Below the pieces are notes generated by a model, which made no database searches, was not told the origin of the DNA, and saw nothing but the letters and a program-made list of their open reading frames with translations. A stretch of 63,630 nt of DNA, filler included, from Octopus bimaculoides (Eukaryota): NCBI RefSeq assembly GCF_001194135.2. It is 7 parts of 6 records of this genome, joined end to end, with 100 filler letters (N's around TTAATTAATTAA, not from the genome) between each part and the next. Parts side by side here need not be neighbours in the genome. Positions count along the whole stretch, not along the records: positions 1 to 23,816 come from NC_068987.1; positions 23,917 to 32,517 come from NC_068981.1; 5 more parts are not named here. The stretch is one strand, 5' to 3'. Positions 13,651 to 26,607 of the stretch are shown in pieces (within the stretch, counting starts at the first letter, position 1; each line of letters starts with the position of its first letter). Made by a program: the position numbers and the translations under genes.

Positions 13651-13699
13651 ATTATAAGTGAACAAAAAAATAACATTTATATATATATATATGTGTGTA

Positions 13700-13757
<58 letters not shown>

Positions 13758-15138
13758 AGTATGTTTTAGCATGTATGTGGGCATATAAATGAATGTGTGT
13801 GTGTGTGTGTGTGTATGTGTGTGTGTAAACACTGAATAACCGTTCAATGATCTCACCTGTTGACTCTGCTGTAACGGATAAGCACATTGGTTTTCTTGTT
13901 GGATGTCAGCTAATTTGGTTTAAGTTACACCTAGCGACGTATGATAGCACTACTCTCTCACTCGATCATATTAGCCGTTTACTCTGGCAATACATGAGAG
14001 ATAACTAGCTGTTTGGGTGCAATGTTGCCCTGCTGTCTGATAGGTTGGTTGGTTATCAATCTTGGAAGCCTGCCTAGCTGTGTAGCTCGCTTATCTTGCT
14101 GATGAATTGTTCGATGTTGAATAAATGAATGTATATATAAAAAATACATATATATANNNNNNNNNNNNNNNNNNNNNNNNNNNNNNNNNNNNNNNNNNNN
14201 NNNNNNNNNNNNNNNNNNNNNNNNNNNNNNNNNNNNNNNNNNNNNNNNNNNNNNNNNNNNNNNNNNNNNNNNNNNNNNNNNNNNNNNNNNNNNNNNNNNN
14301 NNNNNNNNNNNNNNNNNNNNNNNNNNNNNNNNNNNNNNNNNNNNNNNNNNNNNNNNNNNNNNNNNNNNNNNNNNNNNNNNNNNNNNNNNNNNNNNNNNNN
14401 NNNNNNNNNNNNNNNNNNNNNNNNNNNNNNNNNNNNNNNNNNNNNNNNNNNNNNNNNNNNNNNNNNNNNNNNNNNNNNNNNNNNNNNNNNNNNNNNNNNN
14501 NNNNNNNNNNNNNNNNNNNNNNNNNNNNNNNNNNNNNNNNNNNNNNNNNNNNNNNNNNNNNNNNNNNNNNNNNNNNNNNNNNNNNNNNNNNNNNNNNNNN
14601 NNNNNNNNNNNNNNNNNNNNNNNNNNNNNNNNNNNNNNNNNNNNNNNNNNNNNNNNNNNNNNNNNNNNNNNNNNNNNNNNNNNNNNNNNNNNNNNNNNNN
14701 NNNNNNNNNNNNNNNNNNNNNNNNNNNNNNNNNNNNNNNNNNNNNNNNNNNNNNNNNNNNNNNNNNNNNNNNNNNNNNNNNNNNNNNNNNNNNNNNNNNN
14801 NNNNNNNNNNNNNNNNNNNNNACACATACATTTGTATATAAGCATGCGTATAAATATGTACTTGTGTGTTATGTACATACGAAAAATAAAACGAAGAAGA
14901 AGAAGAAGAGCAACACCATGAACAAGACAAATAGAACCCGCAAAAACAAGAATTTAAATGAATATATAACTAAGAAAAAAATAGTTCGATGAAGGTTTCG
15001 ACCTCCTATAGAGGAGGTAAAATTATAAAATATTAGCGATGTAATATTGAAGAGTAAAGAAACATTAAAATTCGTTTAACGAAAATGCTCGTAATTTTAT
15101 TATTGTTTTAATAACTTAAAAGTAATACATTAGGAAAT

Positions 15139-15171
<33 letters not shown>

Positions 15172-15373
15172 CTAGTAGTAGTAGTAGTAAAGCAGTAGCA
15201 GCAGCAGTATCATCAGTAGCACCAGTAGCTGAAGTGGTGGTGATGTTGGTGCTAGTGATGCTGGTAGTGGTGATGTTGTTGTTGGTGGTGGTGGTGAAAG
15301 TGGCGGTAGTGGTGGTCGTGAAATTGGCGGTGGTGGTGGTGGTGGTGATGGTGGTGGTGATGATGATGATGAC

Positions 15374-15405
<32 letters not shown>

Positions 15406-15421
15406 CGACGACGACGACGAT
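15139..15421. repeat. Compound trinucleotide low-complexity tract (GTA/GTG/ATG/ACG)
   Basis: Directly visible. Confidence 0.93.
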
Positions 15422-15498
15422 GCAATGTACTGACGCTGAATGAGTTCGTGTAACAAGGTTTCGTCGTTCGGTACATATTTGGAGCAAGTCAAACTTAC

Positions 15499-15647
15499 AG
15501 AGTTCCCGTTTCTCTATCTCGAACCGGCAGTTTTCCCTCCCTGGCCAATTATATCTGGAAATAGTCCAAAGGATCCCTCCCTCCATCCGCAAGTACTCAG
15601 GAAGAGACTAGCCAGATCGGTTATATTGCCGAGCAGATACCCAGTCA
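15499..15647 (-). other. Weak candidate exon (149 nt)
   Basis: About 50% GC unique block bounded on the minus strand by tttcAG and GTAAGT; all three frames contain a stop. Confidence 0.2.
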
Positions 15648-16184
15648 CTGAAAGTATTTATACTAAACCAATAATTTTGGAGAGTATATTAAATTCTTAT
15701 ACAGCGTAGTGAAACATTATATCAGTTTCAGAATAGACCTGATCGTAAGTCTATTTTATTAAGTGAAGATAGCCAATATCTAAACGTGATCGAAGCTTGC
15801 TGCATAACAATCATATTTTGATGTGTGAGGCGAACAAAGTAAGAGTAGAAGTGTAAAAGCAAAAAGTTTAAAGTCAAAAGAGTCTCTCGAAATGAGTATA
15901 TTAATAGGAACAGAAGCCATGAGTTACAAACATGGATGAAAAATAATCGAAAAAAAATTAGGTCGTTAGTTTCATGTGTATGAAGTCGATAGAGTATGTT
16001 CTGAACCATAAGGATTCAGCAAATACAATTTTAGCTCGGGAATCTTAGCTCTTTCAAGCACTTTGCACTTAAAAAGAAATGCATCTTTATATACTCAGGT
16101 GCATAAGATAAATTTCGATAATTTTTTTTTTTTCACAGATGTGACAATAGATTTCTCCTATCAATCTACCAGACAATGCACTCC

Positions 16185-16188
<4 letters not shown>

Positions 16189-16239
<51 letters not shown>

Positions 16240-16310
16240 TCTTTCTCTCTCGTCCTCTCTCTCTCTCTCTCCCCTTCGTCCTCTATCTCTCTCTCTCTTT
16301 CTTTCTCTGA
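16189..16310. repeat. (CT)n microsatellite
   Basis: Directly visible. Confidence 0.95.
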
Positions 16311-18477
16311 CTCCCTCATCTGTTGGATCGGTATCTTCCTATCAGATCGCACTTTCATCAAGAATTTTGACAAGTAACTTTCCTTACCACGTGATATCAA
16401 TTCCTCCTTACACCACGTTCCGTTGTTTTCCTCCCCTCCTTGTCTACTCAGCAGTAATTATTTCCTTAGTATGAAATCGAACAACCCATGCTTGTGCAGA
16501 TGTCTCTACATTTCAACTTAACATTACCTTTGTATTATCCACTCGCCTTCTAGACATGCCATATCAAACCCGCACTGAAGACAGGCTTGAAATGCATAAT
16601 GTGGTGCGATGTATATTTTGATTTGACGAATAGTTAGCTGTCAATTTCAGTAGCTCCAGTATCTACATACAAGTCTCTTTCTTGGTTTGGAACTCGACAT
16701 TAAAGAAAATTACTCTATTATAACGTGTGTGTAATTGTAGTTGTTGTACAACAGTCCTACACTGATGAAAGCTATTCCAGCGATGATGAACCCAATCTTT
16801 AACATCTCATGTGTTTGTTGTACAAATCAAAGACGACTGGTTTAAAAATACTGTTATAGCTATTTTTAAAAGGTCGCTAGTGGGCCAGCGTTTGAGGGGT
16901 GCTTTGCTGTGGTGTTGATCTCCTTATCGGTTTGTTTATAAGGTGACCTACGGTAGCCTTCGTTTTCTTGATCAAGATAGCCATCACTATTGTTCAACAT
17001 AATTATCATCGACGAGGATTTGTAGTAGTTGCTTTCCTTTTATCTCTTGGAATAAAAAGTCAACTTGAAAAGAACATATCTCTTACATGGAACGATTTGG
17101 TTAGCAGACCAAATTGTATACTGACTGATTATTGTTCACAACAATGATTTACTAAAATGACTTGTGTTCGGTAGATCTACTAATACAGCGTAAAATTATC
17201 CGGGATCGTCACAGCACTCTCAAAAATATACGCTTCTTCAACATTGCATACCTCAGTTTAATTGTAGATTTCTGAATTCTCGCTCCCAGCTTTTTCCGAC
17301 CCGAATGAAGCATTAAAGAACTGAAATTATACCCTCTAAGTGGTGTAATTTTGGTTAATTAAACAGATTTTGACAAACAATATTAAGTACAATGGCCCTG
17401 AAATAATTGTGTCATGTATATTCCTTGACAAGTTAGGAACTTAATTCAGTCTATTGATAATGAAATAGTGTCTGTTCCTAATCATTTAGGAAGTAAATCT
17501 ACTTAATTGCGGTGCTTGTTCATCCCAGATAACCCCCACCGAAATTCATGGTATTTTCTGAATCAAAGAATTTACACGCAAGTTTATTATCAGTTGAAAA
17601 ATCTTCAGTGAATTACACGCAGATGTCTTGTCACTACCGCATAGAAATCAGTGTTCAAAACGATTTGTATGTGCTTTACATTGGAAAAAGATAGTATGCT
17701 TGGTCAAGTTATATATTCTATATGTAAAGGAGATGCGGATGGAGAAGTCAAAGAGACAATCAACTGATGAACAAAGAAAAGAAGAAAACCCATGGCAAGT
17801 ATAACAATTGATCATGTACTGTAAGATATAATTATTATAACACAGCAAAACGACCAAATCGTGGTTGGGAAGCATTGATGTCAGGCTAATTCCATATATG
17901 AAAAAACTTGAACCAAACAAAGCTTCAGGACAATTACGATGTTAGCAGAATTTGAACTTGAAGCATAAGTCTACCAGTCTTGTATAACATATACATCTCT
18001 TCGATCAATCATTCGAATATATTATCCCCTTCCGAAAGAACACTGTGCCAAAACAGTATTAAAAACAAATGAGAAAATCAATATACAGCAGTCTTTCACT
18101 CAAAAACGCATACGTTCATACACAAATTCACAGTCGCATATAAACACATTCACACAGTCAAAAGCACATTCAGACACAGAGGAACACATACAGCCATGGA
18201 AACATTCACCCACATATTCACTAACACACTATGATAAAACATAAACACGAAAACACGACAATGAAGATAGATCACTAGGGCGCTGTTTGAGAAGTGTTTT
18301 TGATAAATAGTTGTTATTAAAACTTTTGACGTTGTCAGTGATAAATTTCTTGGTATATTAAAGTTGATTTCTATGTCTATGTCTCTCTGTACATACATGT
18401 GTGTGTGGCTGTGTGCGTATATGTGTGTGTATGTGTGTGCGTGAATGTGTTTCTGTATATATTGCGTGTGTGTGTGT

Positions 18478-18545
<68 letters not shown>

Positions 18546-19564
18546 TTCTGAAAGTGTATGCATACCTCCTTAATTGTATTTATTTATGTGAGCGTACATT
18601 GTTAATTGTCTATGAATGTGTGCGTGTTTAAGTGTATTTGCATATGAATGTGTGTATATATTTTGTATATATGTGTGTGTATGCTTTTATGCCAGTATGT
18701 ATGTATGCGACTGTATACGTGTATATGTTCTTATGTACTGTATATATACATATTTGATATTAAGGTATATATACGATGTATTTTGTTAAAATGTTTAGAA
18801 GAAAAAAAGCCGATCTCTTAAGTTTTTGCAAGGATTAGGATTATTTAAATAAGTTAATGTGAGTACATATGCAAATGCATGCTTAAAGATAAGTGTTCTC
18901 ATAGAATGATTATACCCGTTATTTTAGCAATTGATTGCATTTGGGTGATGACTAATTCTGTATATTTACATGCATGAGTCATGTGCAAACACGACTGTGT
19001 GTCATTGTTCATTCTTGGAAACAAGTTGTATCAAAGGTGGGTTGTATATTCCGCCTTGTGTGTACGTTTTATATGGCCGTCATGTAAACTAGTAACGAAA
19101 TTATTTCACCTGAACTTGAGTTACATGAAACTACTGAACTATCAGAAAATATACTCAGTTGTATTTCATCTACTCTCCAGACTTTTGTTTCACTTTTGAG
19201 TATTCGAATAGTGTACTAGTTTGTCCTTTAGTGGTCACAAAGTGTTTTCTGAGTAAAACAATACGACACGCCAAGTCATTGTAGACAACTGTCCATTCCT
19301 TCGTCTTACCTAGAACTCGTCAATGTCTAGGCTAATGTGAAATTTATGTTTTACTCGTAGCATTGTTAATTATTATTTCCAGGTTGTGAATCAATTGAAG
19401 AGTTCAGTCTTGTACTCGAAAAGTTGGTACTAAAACGGTGATAGGTTACATAGGAATGACCCGATTTTAGTAACTTTGGAATTCTGGTAGAAATATTCTT
19501 TCACTTCATTAACTTTACTGATAGCGTCAACGGATGCAGTATACACATCATTCTAAGAAACATG

Positions 19565-19690
19565 TGCAATTATATATTGGTTTCAAATTTTGGTGCAAGG
19601 CCAGAGATTCCGGAGAAGTGGTTGAATCGATTATATCGACCCAAATCTTGAACGGGTACATATTTTATGTACCAAATATGCAAGGAATGG
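19565..19690 (-). mobile_element. SINE family C, partial and diverged
   Basis: ttcaaattttggtgcaaggcc..atcgattatatcgaccc matches the 3' end of family C copies. Confidence 0.55.
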
Positions 19691-20158
19691 CACTGCACAT
19701 TTTGGGAATAATTTGCTTGCACTCCTACATTCCTGAGCCTGCGACATATATTGGCACTGCATATCTTAGACTGGTTTGTCTCTGGATCATGTCAGCAGAG
19801 TGAAGACTTTTCTGAAGCACAGTGCAAGTCATATCGGACCTCAAATTTAGGTTGCGCAATCCTTGGTAAAGCTACTATCCAATTCCTCGTCGAATAGGAG
19901 GGCCCCGGAATCTGCAGCAGTGAACTCGATGAAACCGAAGGATCATGCAATAACCTAATACATGGATATTGATGCTGGCATATTGAATAGACAATGACTA
20001 GTGATGTTTTTTCTCGGTCACGAATGGATCAGCGTCATACGTTTGTATGTGTGTGTATATGCATGGATGATGTATTTATGAATAAACACATACGGAGGCA
20101 TACTCACACACACACGCACACACACACGCACACGCGCACACACACACACACACACGCG

Positions 20159-20227
<69 letters not shown>

Positions 20228-20624
20228 CGGGGCGCTTTACTTTAAACTACGGGAATATGGGAAGCTGAAAACCAATCTTGACTCATCCCTCTGTAAATTC
20301 ACTTGTCAATAATTTGCAAATTTCTCAATCCTGCTGTCTACGTGCAGATGTTTAATGTAGTGTCATGGCGGATATTATTTACACATCTCCTTAGAGAGGA
20401 CAGAAAGCAGGATAGACAATAGATAAGTCGTTTACCGACAAGATGATACAGTCTTCTAATTACACTGTAATTATGTAATTCTATGATCTCACTTCATCAT
20501 TATTTAAATGTTTACTCGTCTGTAAAGTTTTGACGTGGTGTCTGATTGCAAAGAGTTGTTGATATTTTTGATCTCGATGCTTATGTTTAAATCGGTGGAC
20601 ATTAGCGTCCTTTCGTTACAGGAT

Positions 20625-21735
20625 TAACACATCATAAATAGTTCGTTCGGGTTTTGTTGAAACTAAACTTCACGCACTCTGATAAGTTGCTAAAATTCAG
20701 TCTGTCCCTCGCGCATACACAGTCATTAGATACTTGAGACGAGGCAGGTTTTAGTTTGCGTACTTGAGATCACCATGAAAATTGCGAAAGAGAACGAACA
20801 CTATTTCAAGAAAGCAGCGGAAACCTGCTGGAATCTATTATGCGTTGTATACGAATAAGAATGCTGTTATAGAATCCGTGTACCAGAAGTGGTTTTCATG
20901 ATTTCGATGCGGAAACTTTTCTGTTTGAGACACACCTCATTCTGGCAGGCCAAACCGGATTAACAGTGATGTCAACTACCGTTATACGACCAGAATGATT
21001 GCAGGTATTCCCCAAATATCCAAATCGGTTGTTGAAACCATCTGCATTGACCTGGGTACCTCAGCAATCTCGATCATTGAGTCCCACATCAGTTGAATGG
21101 GGCTAACCGCGGCCGATGGACTTCTATCTGCGATTCTTTCCAGAGATATGAAGAAAAGGATTGTTTTTTGGAAGGTAATGTTGAAAGGAAACGTAAAATG
21201 GATCGTATATAATAATATGAAGCGCAAATAATCATGAGAAAATTGCCACGAACCACCACACATATCCTACAAATACTCCTAGACGATTATGCTTTTAATT
21301 TGTTGGGATTGGAAATGTGTTGTTTTTCATAAGCAATAACTCAGAAGCATCCAGCTGTTTCTGATCTTAATTACTTAAGTAACTGTCCGATCGCACATTT
21401 CTTTGGAGACGCAACAGAAGTTACTGGTGCTGAACAGGAAAGCTTTGCTGCAAACTTCACATTTCCCCATTCTTGCACCGTCCACTTGCGATTTGTTTCA
21501 GTTTCTTCAAAATTTATCAATTGCCAGGCGTTCAACACTAAATAGGATGTAAATTTTCATTTGGAGGTTTTCCGTCAGTAAACACAAGACATTCTTTGAT
21601 TAGGGTATAATACATCTGCCCATACGATGGTACAACTTCCGAAACAAAACTGTTGACCTATTTGAAGAAAATGTTTTACCTTTAAATCTTGTCTTCACTT
21701 AAAACTCCGAGTAGACTATTTGATCATTTCAAAGA
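20625..21735 (+). mobile_element. Decayed near-full-length mariner transposon (transposase pseudogene about 20775-21640)
   Basis: Collinear motifs: KWFS*FRCGNF..D..HSGRP (HTH), *VPHQL (WVPHEL), GNVKWIVYNN (TGDEKW), MLLICWDWK, RSHISLETQQKLL, FPILAPST..LF..LQN (YSPDLAPSD), FFD*GIIHLPIRW. TIR remnants are weak. Confidence 0.9.
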
Positions 21736-21950
21736 TATTCGTTCAATGAATTTTTCATTAGTGTTATTCTGATGGTATATTGCCTTAAATTGACATGGCA
21801 TATATGATGAATTTCAAATTGAACATCTATTTCGATTACATATGTGTGTGTGCTTGTGCATGTGTATGTGTGTGTGTGTTTGTCTGTATCCATATATGTA
21901 TATATGTAACATACTTACATGCAAAATCAAATACAGAGATTCATATACGT

Positions 21951-21962
21951 GTGTGTGTGTGT

Positions 21963-22041
<79 letters not shown>

Positions 22042-22045
22042 TGTA
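21951..22045. repeat. (GT)n microsatellite
   Basis: Directly visible. Confidence 0.95.
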
Positions 22046-23167
22046 GAAATTCTTTCACGTCTGCTTTCATAACAGTTCAGAACATCTATGTAATCATTTG
22101 ATATACGTTTAGCAACCAAGTCTACTATTCAACCTTAAAAAGACTACATGCTATAGTAATCTCCCAGTTTTATTACACATTAAAAAAAATGGACAGACCA
22201 TAAAGCATTTGAGCATTTTATCTTATAAGTGACCTTAATGAAAGCTGACATGTTCTAAGCAACGAACAGAAAATTCATATTTTGCATGAGACTCTTGGAT
22301 AAGTTTTAGAAATTTACATCTTCATGAAAATTTATCTTCTATTGAGAAATGTGTATCCAACAGGATTTCCAGTTCTTGTTCATTTTAACGATACATGTAT
22401 AGTAACAATGCTCGCCATTCATGGGGACCATATTTGTTATTCTTATTGTTGTTGTCGTTTTGGTCATTCTACAACGATCAGATCTATGATTAAAATCATT
22501 ACAAGCAAAGCAAGCAGATTACTTCATTTTTAAGTATGCTTATCACTCTATTATCTAAAAGTCGCCTATTATTTCAAATGGTTGAGTTTTGTCTAGAATA
22601 TGTTTATTTGCTATTTATTGCAAACACTGTGACGTCGTGTTGGTTCCCCAAGGCATTATCATTTGTTAAGTTATGTAACATTTATGAATCTTCTATTAAC
22701 TTTGTTGCAGTAGAACCGAGGCATAACTTTTTACAGCTGTTAGATGGAGAACGTCACCACAACAACACTGAGTTAGTTTCTTATCATAATCGAATTACAT
22801 CTAATAACGACAGGATATCTAAAACAGATCGGACATATGCGCATAAGGAAACATATATTAACATATATATTTGTATATTTGATTATTATACATATACGAT
22901 AAATGCATGTAAACATATTCAAATATTATTTTCATGTCTACATTACATTTATATATTATGTGTTTGAGTGTGAGTGTGCGTGTATAGAAAATTGCGTAGT
23001 ATACGTGGGCAATTACATATGTAAATATAATTAAAGCTAAATTATTTATAAGAAGAAATCTTTAAATAAATATATGTATCGGACTTCGCAATCCCAAACT
23101 CTCATACGTTACCTAAAATATACTAAGAACTAATTTTTCCACAAACACACACGCATACACACACGTG

Positions 23168-23201
<34 letters not shown>

Positions 23202-23277
23202 CACACACACACAGACACACACACACAAGCACACACATTCTCACATTAGCCCTTGAAGCACTTTGTTGCTTCTGCTA

Positions 23278-23321
<44 letters not shown>

Positions 23322-23591
23322 ACTTCTATTTGAAAAATACTCATGTGTATACGTTTGTCACAAATTGAATATGTTCATATGCTAAATTGACGCATATATG
23401 AAGTTGACTGGCTTGCTGTATATAAGCGTGTTCATGTATGTATGTATGTATGTATGTATGTATGTATGTATGTGTATAAATATATACATACAAACACATA
23501 TCTGTCTAACCACAATATATATGCATGTGTGCGCGCGTTTGTACACACAGCACAAACACACACACTCACACACACCCATATATTGTTGTTG

Positions 23592-23637
<46 letters not shown>

Positions 23638-23816
23638 GATTATTATTTCGCCTTGGTGGGAAAGAAAACAAATAATTGTTATTATTAATATTATTATTAT
23701 TATTTTTTTCTTTTAATCATTTACTGCTTGCTGTTTATTTCTGTTTCCGTCAATCGCTTCTTCATGCGATAGATTACAGTTATTTTTACGCTAATAATGT
23801 CCAGTCCAACAGCTTT

Positions 23817-23916
23817 NNNNNNNNNNNNNNNNNNNNNNNNNNNNNNNNNNNNNNNNNNNNTTAATTAATTAANNNNNNNNNNNNNNNNNNNNNNNNNNNN
23901 NNNNNNNNNNNNNNNN
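23817..23916. other. Assembly spacer N44-TTAATTAATTAA-N44 (also centred at 32562, 38993, 43735, 59090, 61490)
   Basis: Identical 12-mer with stops in all frames, always centred in a 100-bp N block. Confidence 0.95.
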
Positions 23917-24012
23917 CATGTAATTTTTATCTGTGGGGTAACACAAAAGAGGAGCTGTACAAGACCAAACCTCGCACACCGGAGAACTTGGAGACACGGA
24001 TTCAGGAGGTAC
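23917..24012 (+). pseudogene. Tc1/mariner-superfamily (DD37D/DD41D-like) transposase C-terminal fragment
   Basis: CNFYLWGNTKEELYKTKPRTPENLETRIQEV matches CDF(F/Y)LWG.LK..VY...P.T..EL...I; cut by a gap on the left. Confidence 0.7.
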
Positions 24013-24214
24013 TTTTCCAGGTTTATAGTCTTAAGAATATTACTTTTCATGTTCGCATTTTTCCATGTAATCCATGATTTTTCCAGGCATTGCTGTTATA
24101 AGATAATTAATAATGTGTCAATTCATTATTGACACATTCTACCAGTATCAGAAGTTTGAAAGTGTTTAGTTAAAAAAAAAAATAATTAAATAATCTGTAC
24201 GTCTAATTGAATAG

Positions 24215-24518
24215 ATCCGAAATGGATGAAAAGCAAAGTCGACCACGACGGAATTTGAACTCAGAACATAAAGACAGACGAAATACCGCTTCTAAAATAC
24301 GAATTTTTTTCAAAAACGATAAGAGTAAACTCTGTTCTATGTGATAGATTGTGTCAGTATCGGAAGTTTGAAAGTGTTTAGTTAAAAAAAGAATCTTAAT
24401 GATTTAATCTCTACATGAAGATCGACCTCGGAGAAATTTGAGCTGAAAAGCGTAGGGTCAGACGAAATACAGTTAAGCATTTCAACCGGCGCATTAAAGT
24501 TGCTGCCAGCTCGCCGTC
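24215..24518 (-). mobile_element. Two partial SINE family C copies
   Basis: 24215-24290 and 24420-24518 match family C. Confidence 0.7.
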
Positions 24519-25007
24519 ACAGAAAATAAGAATTGATTTTAGAAAGATATTCTTTATTCTTATAGCTGAAACGTTACTCCCTTACTCTCTTACTGACAGG
24601 AAATTTCGTAACATTGTACCTCATAACTTTTTTTCTATTAAACTTTGTTCAATGTGACAAGTGATTCTGAATTCCTCATGCATTTTTCTACCATTTAAGC
24701 CTAAGAAAGTTATATTTCTAATTTAAAATTAAAAAGTTTATGTTAATCGAATGTGAAAATGTGCCTTACTCACCACCCCCCCGGCGAGGTCGCAGATATT
24801 TTAATGTAACTTTTCTTCTACTAAACCAAATCTCAAACTATTTATGCCAAAGTATAGCTGAGGTGTCCTCTTCAAAACTGTTAACAGTTTGCAATTTAGT
24901 TGAGAACTGAATTATTGGTGAAGCTTGGAATCTGGTGCAATTGACGAAATGGTGGATTTTAAGAATATATTCAACCATTACCGTGATTGAATATATTGCA
25001 GAACAGC

Positions 25008-25085
25008 TAAGTAACGGGGACGTAAACACACCAACACCAGTTGTGAAGAGGTGATTGGGGATTAACAACCATAGACTCAAAGACA
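25008..25085 (-). mobile_element. SINE family A (3' module), partial
   Basis: gctaagtaacggggacgtaaacacaccaacacc matches other copies. Confidence 0.75.
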
Positions 25086-25104
25086 CACACACACATAGAT
25101 ATAA

Positions 25105-25171
<67 letters not shown>

Positions 25172-25178
<7 letters not shown>

Positions 25179-26030
25179 AATAATATATAAACATATGCAT
25201 ATAGCCATACATATAAGTACATACCTACATCTATATGTATACATACATGCATATATGGGTACAGGACATCAAAAAGATGTTAAACACAATGAAAAACGAA
25301 AACATAAAGACGAAAACAAAAAACGAACTTTTTTCGAACAACGAAAAAAACAAAGAAACGAGACATGCAACATAAAGAGTATAACCCTTCGCCAGTTGTC
25401 CCTGTTCCATCTACTCCGCGTTTCGAAGGCAAGGACAATACGTGACTTCGTTGGAACAGTCCTTCCCGCAAAGCAAATTAAATAAAATTTGGAATTTTTT
25501 GCGGAGGGTGAAAGTGTTAACAAGACCAGGACAGTGAGAACAAGACTGTAAAAACAAAAAAACTAACGGTGAGGGCTGTTAAGCCAAGACGATAGAAAAA
25601 TTATTATGAACGCTAAGATAGACGTGCATGAGAGAAAAGACAGAAAAAATACGTCTTTTCTATAAGAAGGCAGTGAGCAGAAAGGGAGATCCCCTGTCGT
25701 CACGTGTCAGTGACGAGAGGGTCAAGGAGGAAGAGTGAGTGAGAGAGAGAGGGAACGGTGAAAGGGAGAGAAGAATAGGGAAAGGGTGGGAGAGAAAGAG
25801 TGGAGAACAAGAGAGGGAGAGAGATAGACAGGAAAATGATAGTAATAGTAGCAGAGTGCGCATTGTAATTATTAAGATAAAACTTACTTGGAAAAGGATG
25901 CGTGGCGTTCGATCATGTAATAATATAAATAATATATAAACATATGTATATAGCCATACATATATGTACATACCTACATATATATGTATACATACATGCA
26001 TATATGGGTACAGGACATCAAAAAGACGTT
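25172..26030 (-). mobile_element. Non-coding partial-tandem element (110-bp terminal direct repeats), PLE/retrozyme-like
   Basis: 25172-25282 is nearly identical to 25921-26030; interior is homologous to 59644-60165 on the opposite strand; no ORF. Confidence 0.65.
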
Positions 26031-26039
26031 TCGACGCTT

Positions 26040-26195
26040 TCCTTTCAGTTTCCGTCAGCCGAATCCACTCACAAGTCTTTAGTCGGCCCGAGGTTATAGT
26101 AGAAGACACTTGCCCAAGGTGCCACGCAGTGCGACTGAACTCGTAACCATGTGGTTGAGAAGCAAGCTCCTTATCACACAACGACGCCTACGCCA
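26040..26195 (-). mobile_element. SINE family B 5' module
   Basis: Reverse complement of the 6176-6335 type sequence. Confidence 0.85.
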
Positions 26196-26274
26196 AAGCA
26201 TGTATATATGTATATATATTTATAAATGTATATGTGTTTGTAAGCCTTTATATTTGTACTCCACCATCATTTGA

Positions 26275-26607
26275 AAGTAGGTGTTGATTTACGTCCTTAT
26301 AGCTTAGCGGCTCGGCCAAAGACACGATAGAATAACAACCAGCCTTTAAAATAAGTACTGGGGTCGACTAAACCCTTTAAGGTGGTACTGTCTTTATGTT
26401 CTGAGGTCAAATTCCGCCGAGGTTAACTTTGCCTTTCATTCTTTCGGGGGTCGATAAATTAAGTACCAGTTACGCACTGGTGTCGATGCAATCGACTTAA
26501 TCCCTTTGTCTGTCCTTGGTTGTCCCCTCTATGTTTAGCCCCTTGCGGGCAATAAAGAAATAAGAAACGTTAGCACGCTGGGCGAAATCCTTAGAGGTAT
26601 TTCGTCT
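26275..26607 (+). mobile_element. Adjacent partial SINE family A and tandem family C copies running into a gap
   Basis: A-type gcttagcggctcggcc..ggggtcgactaaa; then a C 3' part followed by a new C 5' head (gttagcacgctgggcgaaat). Confidence 0.7.

Noticed and set aside
16570-16604. CTGAAGA...GAAATGCATA hammerhead-like string
   Set aside because: No closing pair for stem II and an extra base before stem I; no PLE context. Compatible with chance.
22410-22470. Short hydrophobic TM-like reading frame
   Set aside because: Explained by GTT low complexity, with stops on both sides.
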